DNA of 64,000 bases, from NCBI GenBank assembly GCA_964035545.1, contig OZ037766.1:32044773-32108772 (forward strand), read 5' to 3'. Origin of the DNA: Bugula neritina (Eukaryota > Animalia > Bryozoa). Below, one piece after another: positions 42,561 through 55,817 of the stretch; position 1 is the stretch's first letter, and each line of letters starts with the position of its first letter. A program made the position numbers and the translations under genes. The notes below the pieces were generated by a model. The model searched no databases. It was given only the letters and a program-made list of their open reading frames with translations, and was not told the origin of the DNA.

Positions 42561-44739
42561 ATAGGGAGTAGGTATAAGTCAACGCTAGTAAATTTTTTCA
42601 CATGAGAAAAATTAAAAACAACACCAGGAATTGTATCAAATCTTATCATCAATAAAATGTATTCACAATGAAGCAAAGTGGCTGAATATTTATTTTTACG
42701 CACAAATGAGCTGCCAGTGTTTGATGCTTGTTACATAAACTAGACTGTATCAACTTTCCTGTATTATATTTACATCAACCGTAAAAAGCAAGTGGAACAA
42801 CATTAATAATTCTTGTGAATATATAGCATTGGTTGTGCAATAATAAAGTTCAATTATTGTACTTAGACAATGAATTGAATAGGAAATAGCACTAAATTCA
42901 ATGTCTATTCTTATTCCAACTGTGGGGACAGAATACTAAAAATTGTGTAAAGACTAACAATATTATGGTACTTATGATAAATTATTCTTCTTATAAGCAA
43001 TACAATATATTACATATTTTATAATATAACTTAATATATGCAATAAAGTAAAATACGTATAGCAATTTTATAGTACGGCATGTGGCTGAGTCTAGTATAT
43101 TATAATATAATATAATATAATATAACATAATATGATATAGTATAATATAACAGTATAATATAACACAAGGTAATAGACCATAAAATAATTTGTAATGTAC
43201 TGTAATACAACATAATTATATAATACAATAACGAAAGTAGTTATAAACAATAAACAGCCTTAAAACAGTTCGACAGTGAAAGTAGAAAGTTTATGTAATT
43301 AAAAACTAAAAAATTGTCACATTAAAACTAAGAGTTCTAGAAAAAACTGATAACTAGCTATATTAAATGCTGCACTGTTTAAACTGTTTAGAACCAATAA
43401 GAGTTCTTTTATTAGAGATAAACTAAAGTTAAGTTGATCATATAACAACCATATGTAATAAATTGTTATAGGGCTCTTTCATAATACTTCTATTTCAACA
43501 GCCTTCAGTAAACTATACATTACATGGTGCATTAGGAGGGGGGGGGGTACAACCCCCAGCATCATACAACAAACAAGAATTTTTACAATATTAGAAAGTC
43601 TAATCTTGTCAATGAAACAGTAAACGTGTTTTAAGTATGTTTGACTTAAAACATGATTGAAATCTGGCCTCTTAATTTCATTTGTTTTAACTTGTACTAC
43701 CAACTTACAACTTGTTTTAGTAAAAAGATATTTACTAACATACTCTCTACCATAAGGAAGTTCAAGTCCATTGTTTTCTACAAACTTATTATAAAAAGCA
43801 CGAGTGTATAACTCCCACTCAGCAACAACAATTAGAAAAGTAAGGTAATTGCTTAATGAATGCTAAAGTTGCCTGTTTTATGCAGAAAAGAAAATAGTTA
43901 TTATTTTACTCGTTCATAAAGTAAAACAAAGGAAATATTATCGCAGCCTTGCAATAATATTTCTTTTTTTATTTTTTATTTGTTTTTCACTTTTTTATCT
44001 TATTTTTAAATAATGTACACTATAGCAGTGATAGTGAACCTATCAGTTAAAACATCTGATTATGCCAAAGTAATATTATTTAAATAACACTAGTTATTAT
44101 TGTAATGCAAATGTAAGCTAGGATGTTTTTCTCACCTACATAAATTATATATAGTACACTAACATTAGAAATTATCATTCGAAAATATCATATAGTATTA
44201 TCGAGTTGCGTTATAACATGTACAGTATACTATATATAGTAGGCTTATTATTGTATAATACTGTATAATATACTATATACGTATATACTATGTTATATAC
44301 TATATAATATATAGTAAGTTCATATTATATATTACTAGACAGTAGTAAAGTTATACTTATATACAAAGCTTATGTCTGCTGTTGTACCTCTCCACTACTC
44401 AGCAACTACCATAAATATAGCCTTAGATTGTAGCTGCACTAAAAGCAGGCTATGTCAAGGGTATATATCTATAACTCAGTGTCATGTAAGAAATAGGCTA
44501 AATATTCAACTCTAACCGTTATCAGCCAAACTCTCAAAAATCACAATATTCTGTTTTATTCACCCTTGATAATATCTTAGTATCAAAAAATACATCTTAT
44601 GTATGCAACTTCAGTATGACAGACTGTATATTTGGTGTAACTACTAGCCACACATGTTTTAGATAATCATTTGTATTGCACGACCCCCTGTCTGTCTGTC
44701 TATCTAAATTCTAAACTGATGCTTGTGAATATAGCTCAC

Positions 44740-44748
44740 TCCTGGCAT
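44740..44748 (-). CDS. Candidate alternative first exon V7 (phase 0): MPG
   Basis: ATG CCA GGA|GTGAGC; very short, could occur by chance. Confidence 0.35.
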
Positions 44749-44868
44749 GAGAAAAATAAGAATTATTTACAACCATAATGCTGTAACACACGCAGCACAC
44801 ATAACACACATAGCACAAGGTAACACAACACACACAAAACACATACAACACACAACAAACATACGACA

Positions 44869-45152
44869 CAGCTACTATACATACTGTATATAAGATGTCA
44901 CATCAGCTACTATACATACTGTATATAAGATGTCACATCAGCTACTATACATACTGTATATAAGATGTCACATCAGCTACTATACATACTGTACATAAGA
45001 TGTCACATCAGCTACTATACTTACTGTACATAAGATGTCACATCAGCTACTATACATACTGTACATAAGATGTCACATCAGCTACTATACTTACTGTACA
45101 TAAGATGTCACATCAGCTACTATACATACTGTATATAAGATGTCACATCAGC
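44869..45152. repeat. 35-bp minisatellite (cagctactatacatactgtatataagatgtcacat) x ~8
   Basis: Direct inspection. Confidence 0.93.
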
Positions 45153-45467
45153 AGACTATTTGGTGGAGACACATTAGCCAATGGCAATACATTATCAGAA
45201 GCTGCAAGTAATTAGCTTAATGTTCTAACTGAACTGTTGTGACACATGAATTCTTTTAGTCTTATTTTGCCTTTATAATTGAGATAATGTTTCTAAGTCA
45301 TTTCTAATAATATAATAAAACCATATTATTAGAAGTATAATAATGAAACATAATATTATACTATTCAGCCTACAGTTTATACACAAAGCCTGCTTGAACG
45401 ATATTCTTAACCAACAACTTTAAGCTGTCAAACTCAAACGAATGGAAAGTGATGCCAGCATTCAAAC

Positions 45468-45518
45468 CTTTCTATGCCTCTTCTGGTGAAGATGGTGTCT
45501 AAGGCCCCTCGAAGGCAT
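45468..45518 (-). CDS. Alternative first exon V6 (phase 0): MPSRGLRHHLHQKRHRK
   Basis: 17 codons, Arg/His-rich, donor AAG|GTTTGA (weaker). Confidence 0.62.
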
Positions 45519-46484
45519 ACCGAGTGAATCTAAGACTAAACCTTGTAGGACACCGACTATGTAGTGTAGAACTACCAGCGACCTCTACTTATAGCAGATT
45601 ATATCTCCAGAGGTCAGTGATTGTCTGAGAAGCAATCGGCAATTCACAGATTTGAAAATCACAATAACAGTTGAAGAAACTGTATTTGTTTTGTTTATTG
45701 GAAATTGTAAGGAACAATACTCACTCAATAAGTGTATCAAGTGTTAAAGCACTTGCTCAATCAATTGTCAGGAACAACTTGTCAATTTACTTCATATTAG
45801 AATATTGCTTTCAAATATGTTAAATATTTGCTGGTAGCATTGAAGTCAGCCCTTAAGTAAAGTTTATGCAGTGAGTACTGCACTGCGGGCACACACACAC
45901 CCCCCATTCCTGAGTTGTACAAGCCTCAGGGCTGGTCAAATTCTAGAAACACTTTTGTGGGTTAGTGATGAGATGTACTTTTAGTTTTCTTAGTCCTTTA
46001 AAAAACCTATAGTTATTGTAAAGGTTTTCAGCCCTCTTTTTAGTTTCTGTTTAAACTTTCTCAATTATTTAAACTTTACTAATTGTTATAAAGCTTCTTC
46101 ATTTTAAAAGTTTATGAAACGGTATAATTACCCATTCCTATATACAAGCAATTGACACAGTAACTGATTTTAAAGAAATGAAATAAAGTAAATAATTCAG
46201 CCAACTTACAGCAGGCATCTTTATCTGAGTAGATGTGTTGATATGTAGTCAGCACATTTGTATAATGGTATAAAGTCAGCAGTATGCAGTATAAAGTCAG
46301 CATCAACAGAAGACTTAAGAGTCACAGTTGAGGATTATCTCTCCTTAGCTAATGGAGCCCTCAGGCTACACAGACATGGTCTATACTCTAGAGCTGGACA
46401 TATTATAGTCGGTCACACTAATTGATAACTTATATTTCCCATCATACAACTTATCTCTCCAATTGGACTTATATAATATAATTT

Positions 46485-46842
<358 letters not shown>

Positions 46843-47034
46843 TTTCACATATGCTTGATTAACTACAAAAACAAACCATGCAGTATTCAAGTACAGTATA
46901 CTCTATTCATAGAGTTGAGAATACCATGTTTCAGCTGCAGAAAAAGTTTTAAAGTCAAATTTTTTATGCACACTAAAATTGTGATTTTTCAAAATTGTAT
47001 AATCAGCATTGAAGACAAGCAAAATTAATCTTAC

Positions 47035-47049
47035 CTGGCCACGCCTCAT
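47035..47049 (-). CDS. Alternative first exon V5 (phase 0): MRRGQ
   Basis: ATG AGG CGT GGC CAG|GTAAGA, a near-consensus donor. Confidence 0.62.
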
Positions 47050-48894
47050 TCTTCTATAACTTAATTTATGCAATTACAAGTAAAAAAAATCGCATGTCAA
47101 TCAGAGGTTGAAATGCTGCTACTGCTGCTGCCGCGACTAAACTTCCTTATTACGGGGTATACAGGTATAGTGTGAGCCTAGCAGAGCGCAGGTAAAGTGT
47201 TGTCTGTACTATAAACATTTCACTACTTAGGTGTTTCAGCAAGGAGTGGATGCAGATTTGTTGCTTTTTCCAGGGGTTGTGCGCAGTATATTAGTAAATG
47301 AAGGACAGCATTTAAGAAGCTAATAGAAGCTGATGAAAAAGAATTCTTTTTTCAACAGTTAAATTATATGTATGTACATTAGTTACTTTGATTAGATTTG
47401 ATAACAAATAGTGGCAGCAACAATAATAAAACTAGCTGAAGCTAAGATGTATAATACAGTAGTACTCTGTAATGTTTAGGAAGCATTTTAGTTTATAGAA
47501 TCATGATTAGTATTTTAAACTCAAGTTCTAACTTGCTTGAATACTTTTTAATACCCATGGTCTCTCACTGAAATATAACTGCAAAACTTTGATAGTTTTA
47601 TTAAAAGCTTTTGAAAATAGTAAATAATACAATATTGAGAGCAAGCATCGATTATAGAACCCCTTACACCACTTGATGGGTCTAATTACTCGGTATTAAG
47701 AGAGGCTCACATAAAACCTTGTTCTGTTTTCATATATAGCTGTTAAAGTGTAGTTATCAATACATAACATGCATAATTATACATATTTACTCTGGGCTGT
47801 TGGATTACATTATCTAATAAACAATACGAAGTATAGAAATATGACATTTAGTAGCAAAAAGAGAACTGTACTATTTGCTGTGAATATTGCCTTAGAGCTT
47901 ATAATAAAAGCTTTTAATAGAGTGCAAACTTATAAATAATATTCTAGCTAATGATAAAAATACTTCCTAGTATTATTATTATATAAACAAGTGCATAGGT
48001 GAATGCACTTTTAAGCCTGACCCACTTAAATATATATGAGTAAATTTTGCATAACTTTAATGGTAAATAATATTACATTTACTATTTTGATAAAAGAGAT
48101 ATAACTTGCATTGCAAAAATGTAAATTTGATATTAAGAAGCAACGAATTTATTACTTTTTTTCATAAATAAAATCACAGACTGTTACAATACATACACAC
48201 AGTAGTCATGAGTAAAGTGAGTTGAACAGGGATAGTAGGTAATTAAAGAAGTTGTCCTCCCATAAAAGGAGCTTTTATTACCAATATTATTTATTGATTT
48301 GAGTTTCCAGATTTTACTTTGGTTTTTATTATATTGATAAAATTATCTTAAAATTGCTCAAGCACTATATTACATAATACATATAGCTTATGATACACAA
48401 AGGTACATATTATATAAAATAACTATTATTGTTATACCGATGACAAGTTCACAAGTCTTGGTGTGATCAAATGATCACAATATTTAATGCTCGCCATAAA
48501 TAATTTTATCCTGGCTACTAACAATGCACAACTCAAAAACCCTAGAGCCTATACACATATTTTACATATAAAGTAATAATACAATATAATAAATATGATA
48601 TAATAAAGTAATTTGGTAAAGTAATAGTAAAGTATAATTAATAACACATAATATCATAAACTGATGATCCCTTATGTATTTAGAACATAATAATTGTCTA
48701 ATGAGATAAAAAGCAAGGTGCATCTCATATTGAAAACTAATATTGTAATAACAAAGAGCTATAAATAGAAACTGTGACTCATACTCAATAATTAATACAA
48801 ACCCTAGTCATAGTCAAACAACTCCCAACTTGAATGTTATCGGAATAACTCAAAGGCGTGAATTGAGATGGTGACAAACAGGTAAGAAGCATAC

Positions 48895-48948
48895 CTGGTG
48901 ATTGCGAGACCGAGCCATCACCTTGTTCCTACCGCCTCTACTAGCCAT
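48895..48948 (-). CDS. Alternative first exon V4 (phase 0): MASRGGRNKVMARSRNHQ
   Basis: GCCATGG start, 18 codons, donor CAG|GTATGC. Confidence 0.72.
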
Positions 48949-49826
48949 GGCATGAAACCCTAACTTACTACCTTCTGTCTCAAAGAGCTGTCTCAAATTA
49001 ACTTAACACCTTAAGATATAGAATCACAGCTAGTCTCCTATTAAACACTGTTTACTGAGTAGAAGCAACATTCAGCCTAGCCTGCAAATCTCTCATTTAT
49101 TTCATGCACCTGGGTTCAGTGAAAGGTTACTAATAGTATGTTATTCATTCATAGATTCATCTATCTACACTAGTAGTGACTTTAATATCTCACTCTTTGG
49201 TTTATGGTTTCAAAAACTTAAGAAGTTATCGTAGAATATAATTGCAATGAAAGCTAAACTATATAGTTGCAAACTTATATGGACCTCAGGCTAATATAAA
49301 CAGAGAGGAGATGATTATTCAAAGTGAAAGCATAAAGTAACAGCCTTTATGATAATTAATATCAAAGTTTGATATTAATATAAACAAGAAAATAGTTAAT
49401 TGTTTGCAGTGATAAAACACTGGAGGGCTAATTGTATCATCCGTTTACATCTTTCTCTGCACACTCAATCACTATCAGGTGAAGAAAATACGTTGATTGG
49501 TGCGGCATGTGTGATGTAATAAGGGGCAGGCTTAGTCTGTCTAAACTTAAAGACCTGCCTACTCTTTATACTCGTATAGAGTGGCATTCGAAACTCTTTT
49601 TACAAAGAAAATATACGATAACTTTTATACGACATACAATTTTAAACGTACGAATTTGCGTGTTATGCTAAAAATAGAATATAATTATTTCCAAGGCCTT
49701 TTTTTTATCAGAAAATTACCACTACAATTAAAATCTTTTAGTAACTTTTAAAAATATTATTCTGAAGCACAATTACCTCATTCATACAGCCATACAATCG
49801 CAAATTGTCTCAACGTATAAACTTAC

Positions 49827-50024
49827 ATCAGCTGTTGAGCCGAAACGTCCAGCCCCCCTATGTGCAGCATGTCGCCCCGCCCTCCCGGCGCCATGACGAG
49901 CACCCGACCTACCACCCGAACCTCGGCCCCGCTGTTTCCTATTACATTGCCCTCTTCTGTCTCGTAGACTTCTAGATCTTGAGCTAGAAGTTCCAGTTCG
50001 ACCTCGCCTACCCCCACCAACCAT
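49827..50024 (-). CDS. Alternative first exon V3 (phase 0): MVGGGRRGRTGTSSSRSRSLRDRRGQCNRKQRGRGSGGRSGARHGAGRAGRHAAHRGAGRFGSTAD
   Basis: AAAATGG start, GC-rich island in AT-rich DNA, 66 codons, donor GAT|GTAAGT. Confidence 0.78.
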
Positions 50025-51206
50025 TTTTATTTACAGTTGTGCAACTACCACAACTTTCAACCTCCCAATAATACTGCCCATTAAATAGTTTCATCTGACT
50101 TCCCCTGAGATTTGGAGCAGTAAATGCTTAGCAAATAAATGTTCAGCTCCAATAATATATGTCAAGTTTTATTATGTCTTTCTCAACCATGCATATTACA
50201 TCTTCATTGTAACATGTATATTGCATCTTCATTATAACATAAATGTTATATCTCTATCATACCAAAGGAACTAGGAACTGAGTCATATATTATGTATTAT
50301 AAAGGCAGGTTTTAGTCATACGGAGGCTGACAACTACTGAAATGTCCACTTCCTTACTTATTATTAGTACATGCTACATATGGTGCTCACTAATTTGATT
50401 ATACATATGTCATATATAGGCCTAATGTAAATATGCTTTTATAGCCAAAGTTCTTGTTAACAATGAAACATATAGGAATATTGTGTAACATAGTAAAAGT
50501 AAAAGTGCAATGCAGTACATTTATAATATAATATATTATAATATAATATGATATAATATAGCATAGTATAATATAATATAATACAGTATAATATAATATA
50601 ATTGTATAGGAAGTAGATGAATGAGAGCCACTCATTATTACTGATGTTTCAAACACCAGTGTGTTGGAAACATCAGTTTGCTTTGTTTTTATATACATAG
50701 ATTAATGACAAAAGGCTCCCCCACCCCCCTCCTTATATTTGTTTCTAAATACTTTTAAGCTCATAAATATATTCAAATTATGTAGAAGTTTAATTTTCCA
50801 CAGTAAACTACAATAATATAAAATAACACATATATTATATATGTATTATTTTATATAAAAACATGGTGCAAGGTGAAATAATGCATTATATAATTCCTCA
50901 TAATAATTATAATACATTATATTACAAGTGAAATAATATAGCACAATATAATGTAATATAAAATGATATTATAACTCGCCTAGTCTGATATTCAAATTGT
51001 ATTCATGCGATCCATGGGTACGATATACTATGTAGGCTACACATGTTTATAGTGCGCTAAAACTAACTTATTATAGCCTAAAATGAAAGTAGGTAAAATA
51101 CGAGACCAAATTATATTATTTTGCTGTAAAGTTTACTTAAGAATCTGCTTTGGCTATTATTAACAATAATTATGAAATTAAATTCTCAAGATGGAGATAT
51201 TCTTAC

Positions 51207-51254
51207 ATGGCGTCTGCCAAGGGAGTGGCCGTGTCGGTGATGGTGGTGCCTCAT
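51207..51254 (-). CDS. Alternative first exon V2 (phase 0): MRHHHHRHGHSLGRRH
   Basis: Kozak-like GCCATG, 16 codons, donor CAT|GTAAGA. Confidence 0.75.
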
Positions 51255-52315
51255 GGCTGTGAACCGCCGGTTGTGGTGTGAAATCAATGCAGACGATCTC
51301 GAAAGTGATAACAAATATTACGATTTACTAACCAAAGCCTTTGAGTTCAAAATCATTACTACTGATATTTACCTCTCCCAAACTGTCTGAATATTATTAT
51401 GCAATACTGGAGTTATGGAAGAAGATTATAACTCTTTTAGACAGGTATACTAGGAATTAGGTAAATTAGTTATTAGGGGGAGATAACTTACTGATTCTAG
51501 TTAATATATAATTACTTTAACATGTTCTGATGGAACTGAGTTTTAATAATTTAGTAAAAGCTATTGAGTTGAAATGTTAGCGAGTAAATTAATCATTAGA
51601 TGCAATCTAGAATAATCTAGAATACTTCTCTCTTCACTATTAACTTATAACAAAACTGCATGCAGCAATTATTGAAGATTGGCTAGCGAAATCATATATC
51701 CATCATCTCTTACGAATTAGAACTCTCGGTTCACATCTTTGTAATATATGCAAACCACCAATATTAAAAATAATTTCATCATTTATTAAACCTACAGATA
51801 GATTAAGCTACTCCCATGGAAAGTGAAAAACAGAAAAAACATCTGTTACTATTATATAAGACCTAAGCTATACATAACCTTTGTATCACAAGGCATGATG
51901 GTGGTTAGTGAGTGTAGACAAACCAAACATTTCTGAGGGGAGAAACACAAACTTAGAGTCAGCTGGCTTAGTCATCGCACACTAAGTATAGTATGATGTG
52001 TTGATTGAGTGCTCATAAAATACTATAATATTATGTTGAATAGTCTGAGCTGTCTTTAGCATAGTCTGAGTTCTACTGAATTATTATGGCATAGTTGAGA
52101 AGCTGTTTGCTCATAATTCTCCACCTTCAATTTTAAATCATTGTTAGGAACAAAGGCTAAATTTAAGAACATTTGTTTCTTGATGCAAAATTTATATTTA
52201 AAGGTAATTCCCACTGTATTTTTGAGGGTGGGGGGGGGGTCGAGTCATTCATAAATAAAAAATACTCAAATGTATTTTACAGTACACTATACAAGATGAT
52301 GCAATGTATACATAC

Positions 52316-52423
52316 CATTACTCTGCGTTTTGTAAGTCGTGCCCTTCGACCTTTGCCCCCACCATTTTTGGAGCCAACTTTCTTGCCGCGACCACTAGAT
52401 TTGCTCTTAGTTTTACCCGCCAT
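52316..52423 (-). CDS. Alternative first exon V1 (phase 0): MAGKTKSKSSGRGKKVGSKNGGGKGRRARLTKRRVM
   Basis: ATG at 52423, 36 codons, donor ATG|GTATGT. Confidence 0.75.
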
Positions 52424-52706
52424 AAAGTCACTAAACCGGGTAAATCTCTTAGCAGCCACCAAATAGAGAAGTTTGATATATTGTCACGCTGAACAACTTC
52501 TGCAGTTAGTCCCTTGCTCGAGTTGTGATGTCACAGAGCAGCACGTCACAAACTAAGAAGTGGGTGACTCAAAGACAAGTTCCACCAGCAATCAGCTTGT
52601 ATCACTCTTAACTTAAATTGAGACTTTTAAGTTATACTGAATGCAGAAGTTATGAAGAAATCGAGTAACGCAGCTACATTACAAGATCTGAATAAAGTGC
52701 CATGTG

Positions 52707-52916
52707 AGTGACACTAAGAGAGTAGTGAGTTATAGAGTAGTTAGTGACACTAAGAGAGCAGTGAGTTAGAGAGTAGTTAGTGACACTAGAAAGGCAGTGA
52801 GTTAGAGAGTAGTTAGTGACACTAGGAGAGCAGTGAGTTAGAGAGTAGTTAGTGACACTAGGAGAGCAGTGAGTTATAGAGTAGTTAGTGACACTAGAAA
52901 GGCAGTGAGTTATAGA
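52707..52916. repeat. 36-bp tandem repeat (agtgacactaagagagcagtgagttagagagtagtt) x ~6
   Basis: Direct inspection. Confidence 0.9.
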
Positions 52917-53671
52917 ATGGAGTAGTAAAAGATGCCAAGAAAATTAAAGGGTGTTTTAATCAATCTAAAGTAGCATCTGATATATCAACCATCATGATAA
53001 TTAGTAGAATCAATGTAACATGAGATATTTATAAGTGTTGGACATTTATTGATATGGTGAGACAAAGCTGCAAGTGCTTGCAAGTGCTGGCAAGTGCTTG
53101 CATCTAGCATCTCAAAGCCATTTAGATAACCAAACTATGGTGACAATTGATACAAAGAGCCAAGTATTATGAAAAACCCATTTATTTGACCCAATAAAAG
53201 TACAGAAATGACATCAGACTTGCACTGCTATTACATAACCAGCACCAGTTCATCAGAATGCCAGAATTACATAATATACAAAAGTACTTCAAATAAAACT
53301 AAATGCATTATAAAACAGTTACATAGTTGAAATAACTAGCTTCAATGTCTTACGAACTTAACATTCAGTTTGAGAAACTGTGTAAACTCGGCCAGTAAAA
53401 ACTCTTTGAAAATAATAAATGATGATGTTTTGGATGATATTGAAAAGTAGCTTCTATTTTTACGAGTCAAATTAACTCATATTCAAAAATAATCTACAAT
53501 ATCACGGAAGAAAAAGATAATTTGTAGATTTACAATACTTTTGCCTTTAACAAACAATTTGACTAAAAAAATGAAAACATATAAATGCTTAAAAGTGAAT
53601 TGTAATACAAAAACTGAGAAATATACAAGTAAATTTGCAGTAGTGGTAGAGCCCTAGTCAACTGGAGCTGG

Positions 53672-55817
53672 TTAGCTCTTCTCCTTTACCGCCTTCACAA
53701 ACAGACCCCACTGCTCATTTTTCATCTCACTGACGGACAAACCTTCGTTCTCTAAAAGAGTTTTGATGTGAGACTGGAAGATCCTCAACTGATCCTCGCC
53801 ACAGCCCTGTAACACCAGCACTGATAGTGACACACCTTGAAGGGTGACAAGCCAACCATTGTTCTTGTGGAAAAGAGGATAACTCCTACTATGTGGGATA
53901 ATTTGAAGTAGGCCTTGTGGAATAGAATGCATGCATGAAGAGATAACTCTCAATGAATTTTCTAAAAACTTCAACTATATACAAATTTGGACATTTAAAT
54001 CCCATTTCTCTAAGCAAAGAAATGCTAAGTCTAACCACACCCCCAGCAGTAGTATAACCACACCCCCAGCAGTAAAGTATAACCACACCCCCAGCAATAA
54101 AGTATAACCACACCCCCAGCAATAAAGTATAACCACACCCCCAGCAGTAAAGTCTAACCACACCCCCAGCAATAAAGTATAACCACACCCCCAGCAGTAA
54201 AGTCTAACCACACCCCCAGCAGTAAAGTCTAACCACACCCCCAGCAGTAAAGTATAACCACACCCACAGCATGAGTATAACCACACCCCCAGTGAGTAAA
54301 AAGGAGACTATCTGCAGTACACTTGCATCAGTGGACAATATACATGTGATGGATTCTGACAGAGTGGAGACAAACCTTAGGTTTAACTTGAACATTTACT
54401 CTATCAACCTGCCGGGCCTTGTTCTTTATACCAGTAACCTTGACCTTCAAGTAATACAAGACTCCAACTTATACAGGAAATAGAATATCATATAACAATA
54501 TGGCATATTCAATTACAGAATATAATCAACAGAAAAAGCAATCTTACACATCTTCTGACTGCATAATAATAACTTTACAGTATAATAACACACAACACAG
54601 CAGAGTTTTGAAACATTGCTTTGAATCACAGAAAAGCAACTTATAAAAATTAGAAAAAGTTTACAAGTAAGGAATGTAAAAATAGACTAATTGCTTCCCC
54701 AAAACTAACGATGTCCATGATGTAGTAAATTATTGCATATGAAACAGACACACATAAAACAGACGTATAAAAGGCTAGTGTGCGCTAACCTGGAGATCTG
54801 CTTGGCCAATCTTTGGTGACAGAGTAAACGTGCTTTCTTTCATCTTCTTTTGAAGAACTTTCACGATTTGTTCACCACTACCATTAGTCTCATCAGTCTG
54901 TACTATTTCTCTATAATTTAAACTCAGGATGTGAACTATTCGGTATGATATCTTCCATAAGAAAGAAATTAATGCAATAATTGACACCATAAAACAATTT
55001 TGCAGAAAATGTTAAACTACTAAATGTGTTTGGAAATTGTCTCTACTTGATAACAGCTTATTATTGTACAATAGCTTCTAGTTATTAATGAGAATTGCAT
55101 TGTTTTGAAAGACTGTTGAAATACAAGTAAAAATAGCCCTTGATTTTGTCCTTCAACAGGTTTCAGGCTATAACCTTCTGACCTCTGTACTCACTTATTT
55201 GGGAATTCTTTGGCTATATAATGTTCCATGTCTTTAAAAGGTAAACTGATGAGGTGTCTGTTAAGATGGTCATGTACAGCTATGATATTATTTGCATCGA
55301 GCATGCTATACGCTGCCGCCTCAAGATCAGCATCACTATTGGCAGCATTTTTAGACTTCCCAAATTTACTTTTTCTAAAATGAAACAATGAATGAATTTA
55401 GAGAACATCAACTGTGAAGTAAAAGCTGTAGCCAAGAGATACAAGGTTTTGACCGAATTGCTTAAAGCCTTAAACCATGCATGCTCAAAATATAATCCAA
55501 AATTCTAAAAGAGTAGCTAGAAAAAATTACTTTTCCTAAACACCATATAGAACAGAAAAGCTTTTCAAAGCTATGTAAAGAGAAACTATTGAAAATTAGG
55601 TAAAGAGAATGGGGAATCCCTTTCGTCAGATGCAACAAGTCATATAAAAAGCTGATTGGACCAGAAATAAAGTCACTTACTTTTTAATTTTAGGAGGTTT
55701 ATAAGGTTGCTTTGAGTAAAGAACACTCAGCTGCAGCTGTGGGCTTGCCATCGCTGGTGAACTTTGGAGTCGTGTGTGCCTCAACAATTGAGCGGCACAA
55801 CGCAAACAGCGATCCAT
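53672..55817 (-). CDS. MTIF3: Mitochondrial translation initiation factor IF-3-like; exons 55681-55817, 55195-55374, 54790-54910, 54376-54444, 53672-53806
   Basis: Presequence-like N-terminus MDRCLRCAAQLLRHTRLQSS. IF3 C-domain pattern KKMKESTFTLSPKIGQADLQ|VKVTGIKNKARQVDRVNVQVKPK|GCGEDQLRIFQSHIKTLL. Phases 2,2,0,0 are consistent. Confidence 0.7.
54027..54292. repeat. 25-bp minisatellite (aaagtataaccacacccccagcagt) x ~11 in an MTIF3 intron
   Basis: Direct inspection. Confidence 0.92.

Noticed and set aside
38212-45152. Regular repeats that could look like CRISPR arrays
   Set aside because: Head-to-tail minisatellites without unique spacers, in a eukaryotic intron, with no cas genes.
53807-53974. 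5' extension of ORF 53672-53974 as part of the MTIF3 last exon
   Set aside because: The upstream exon ends in phase 0, which fits the acceptor at 53806, not the phase-1 site at 53913.
53889-54395. Repetitive ORFs (GGVVRLYCWGCGY...)
   Set aside because: Products of a 25-bp intronic minisatellite.
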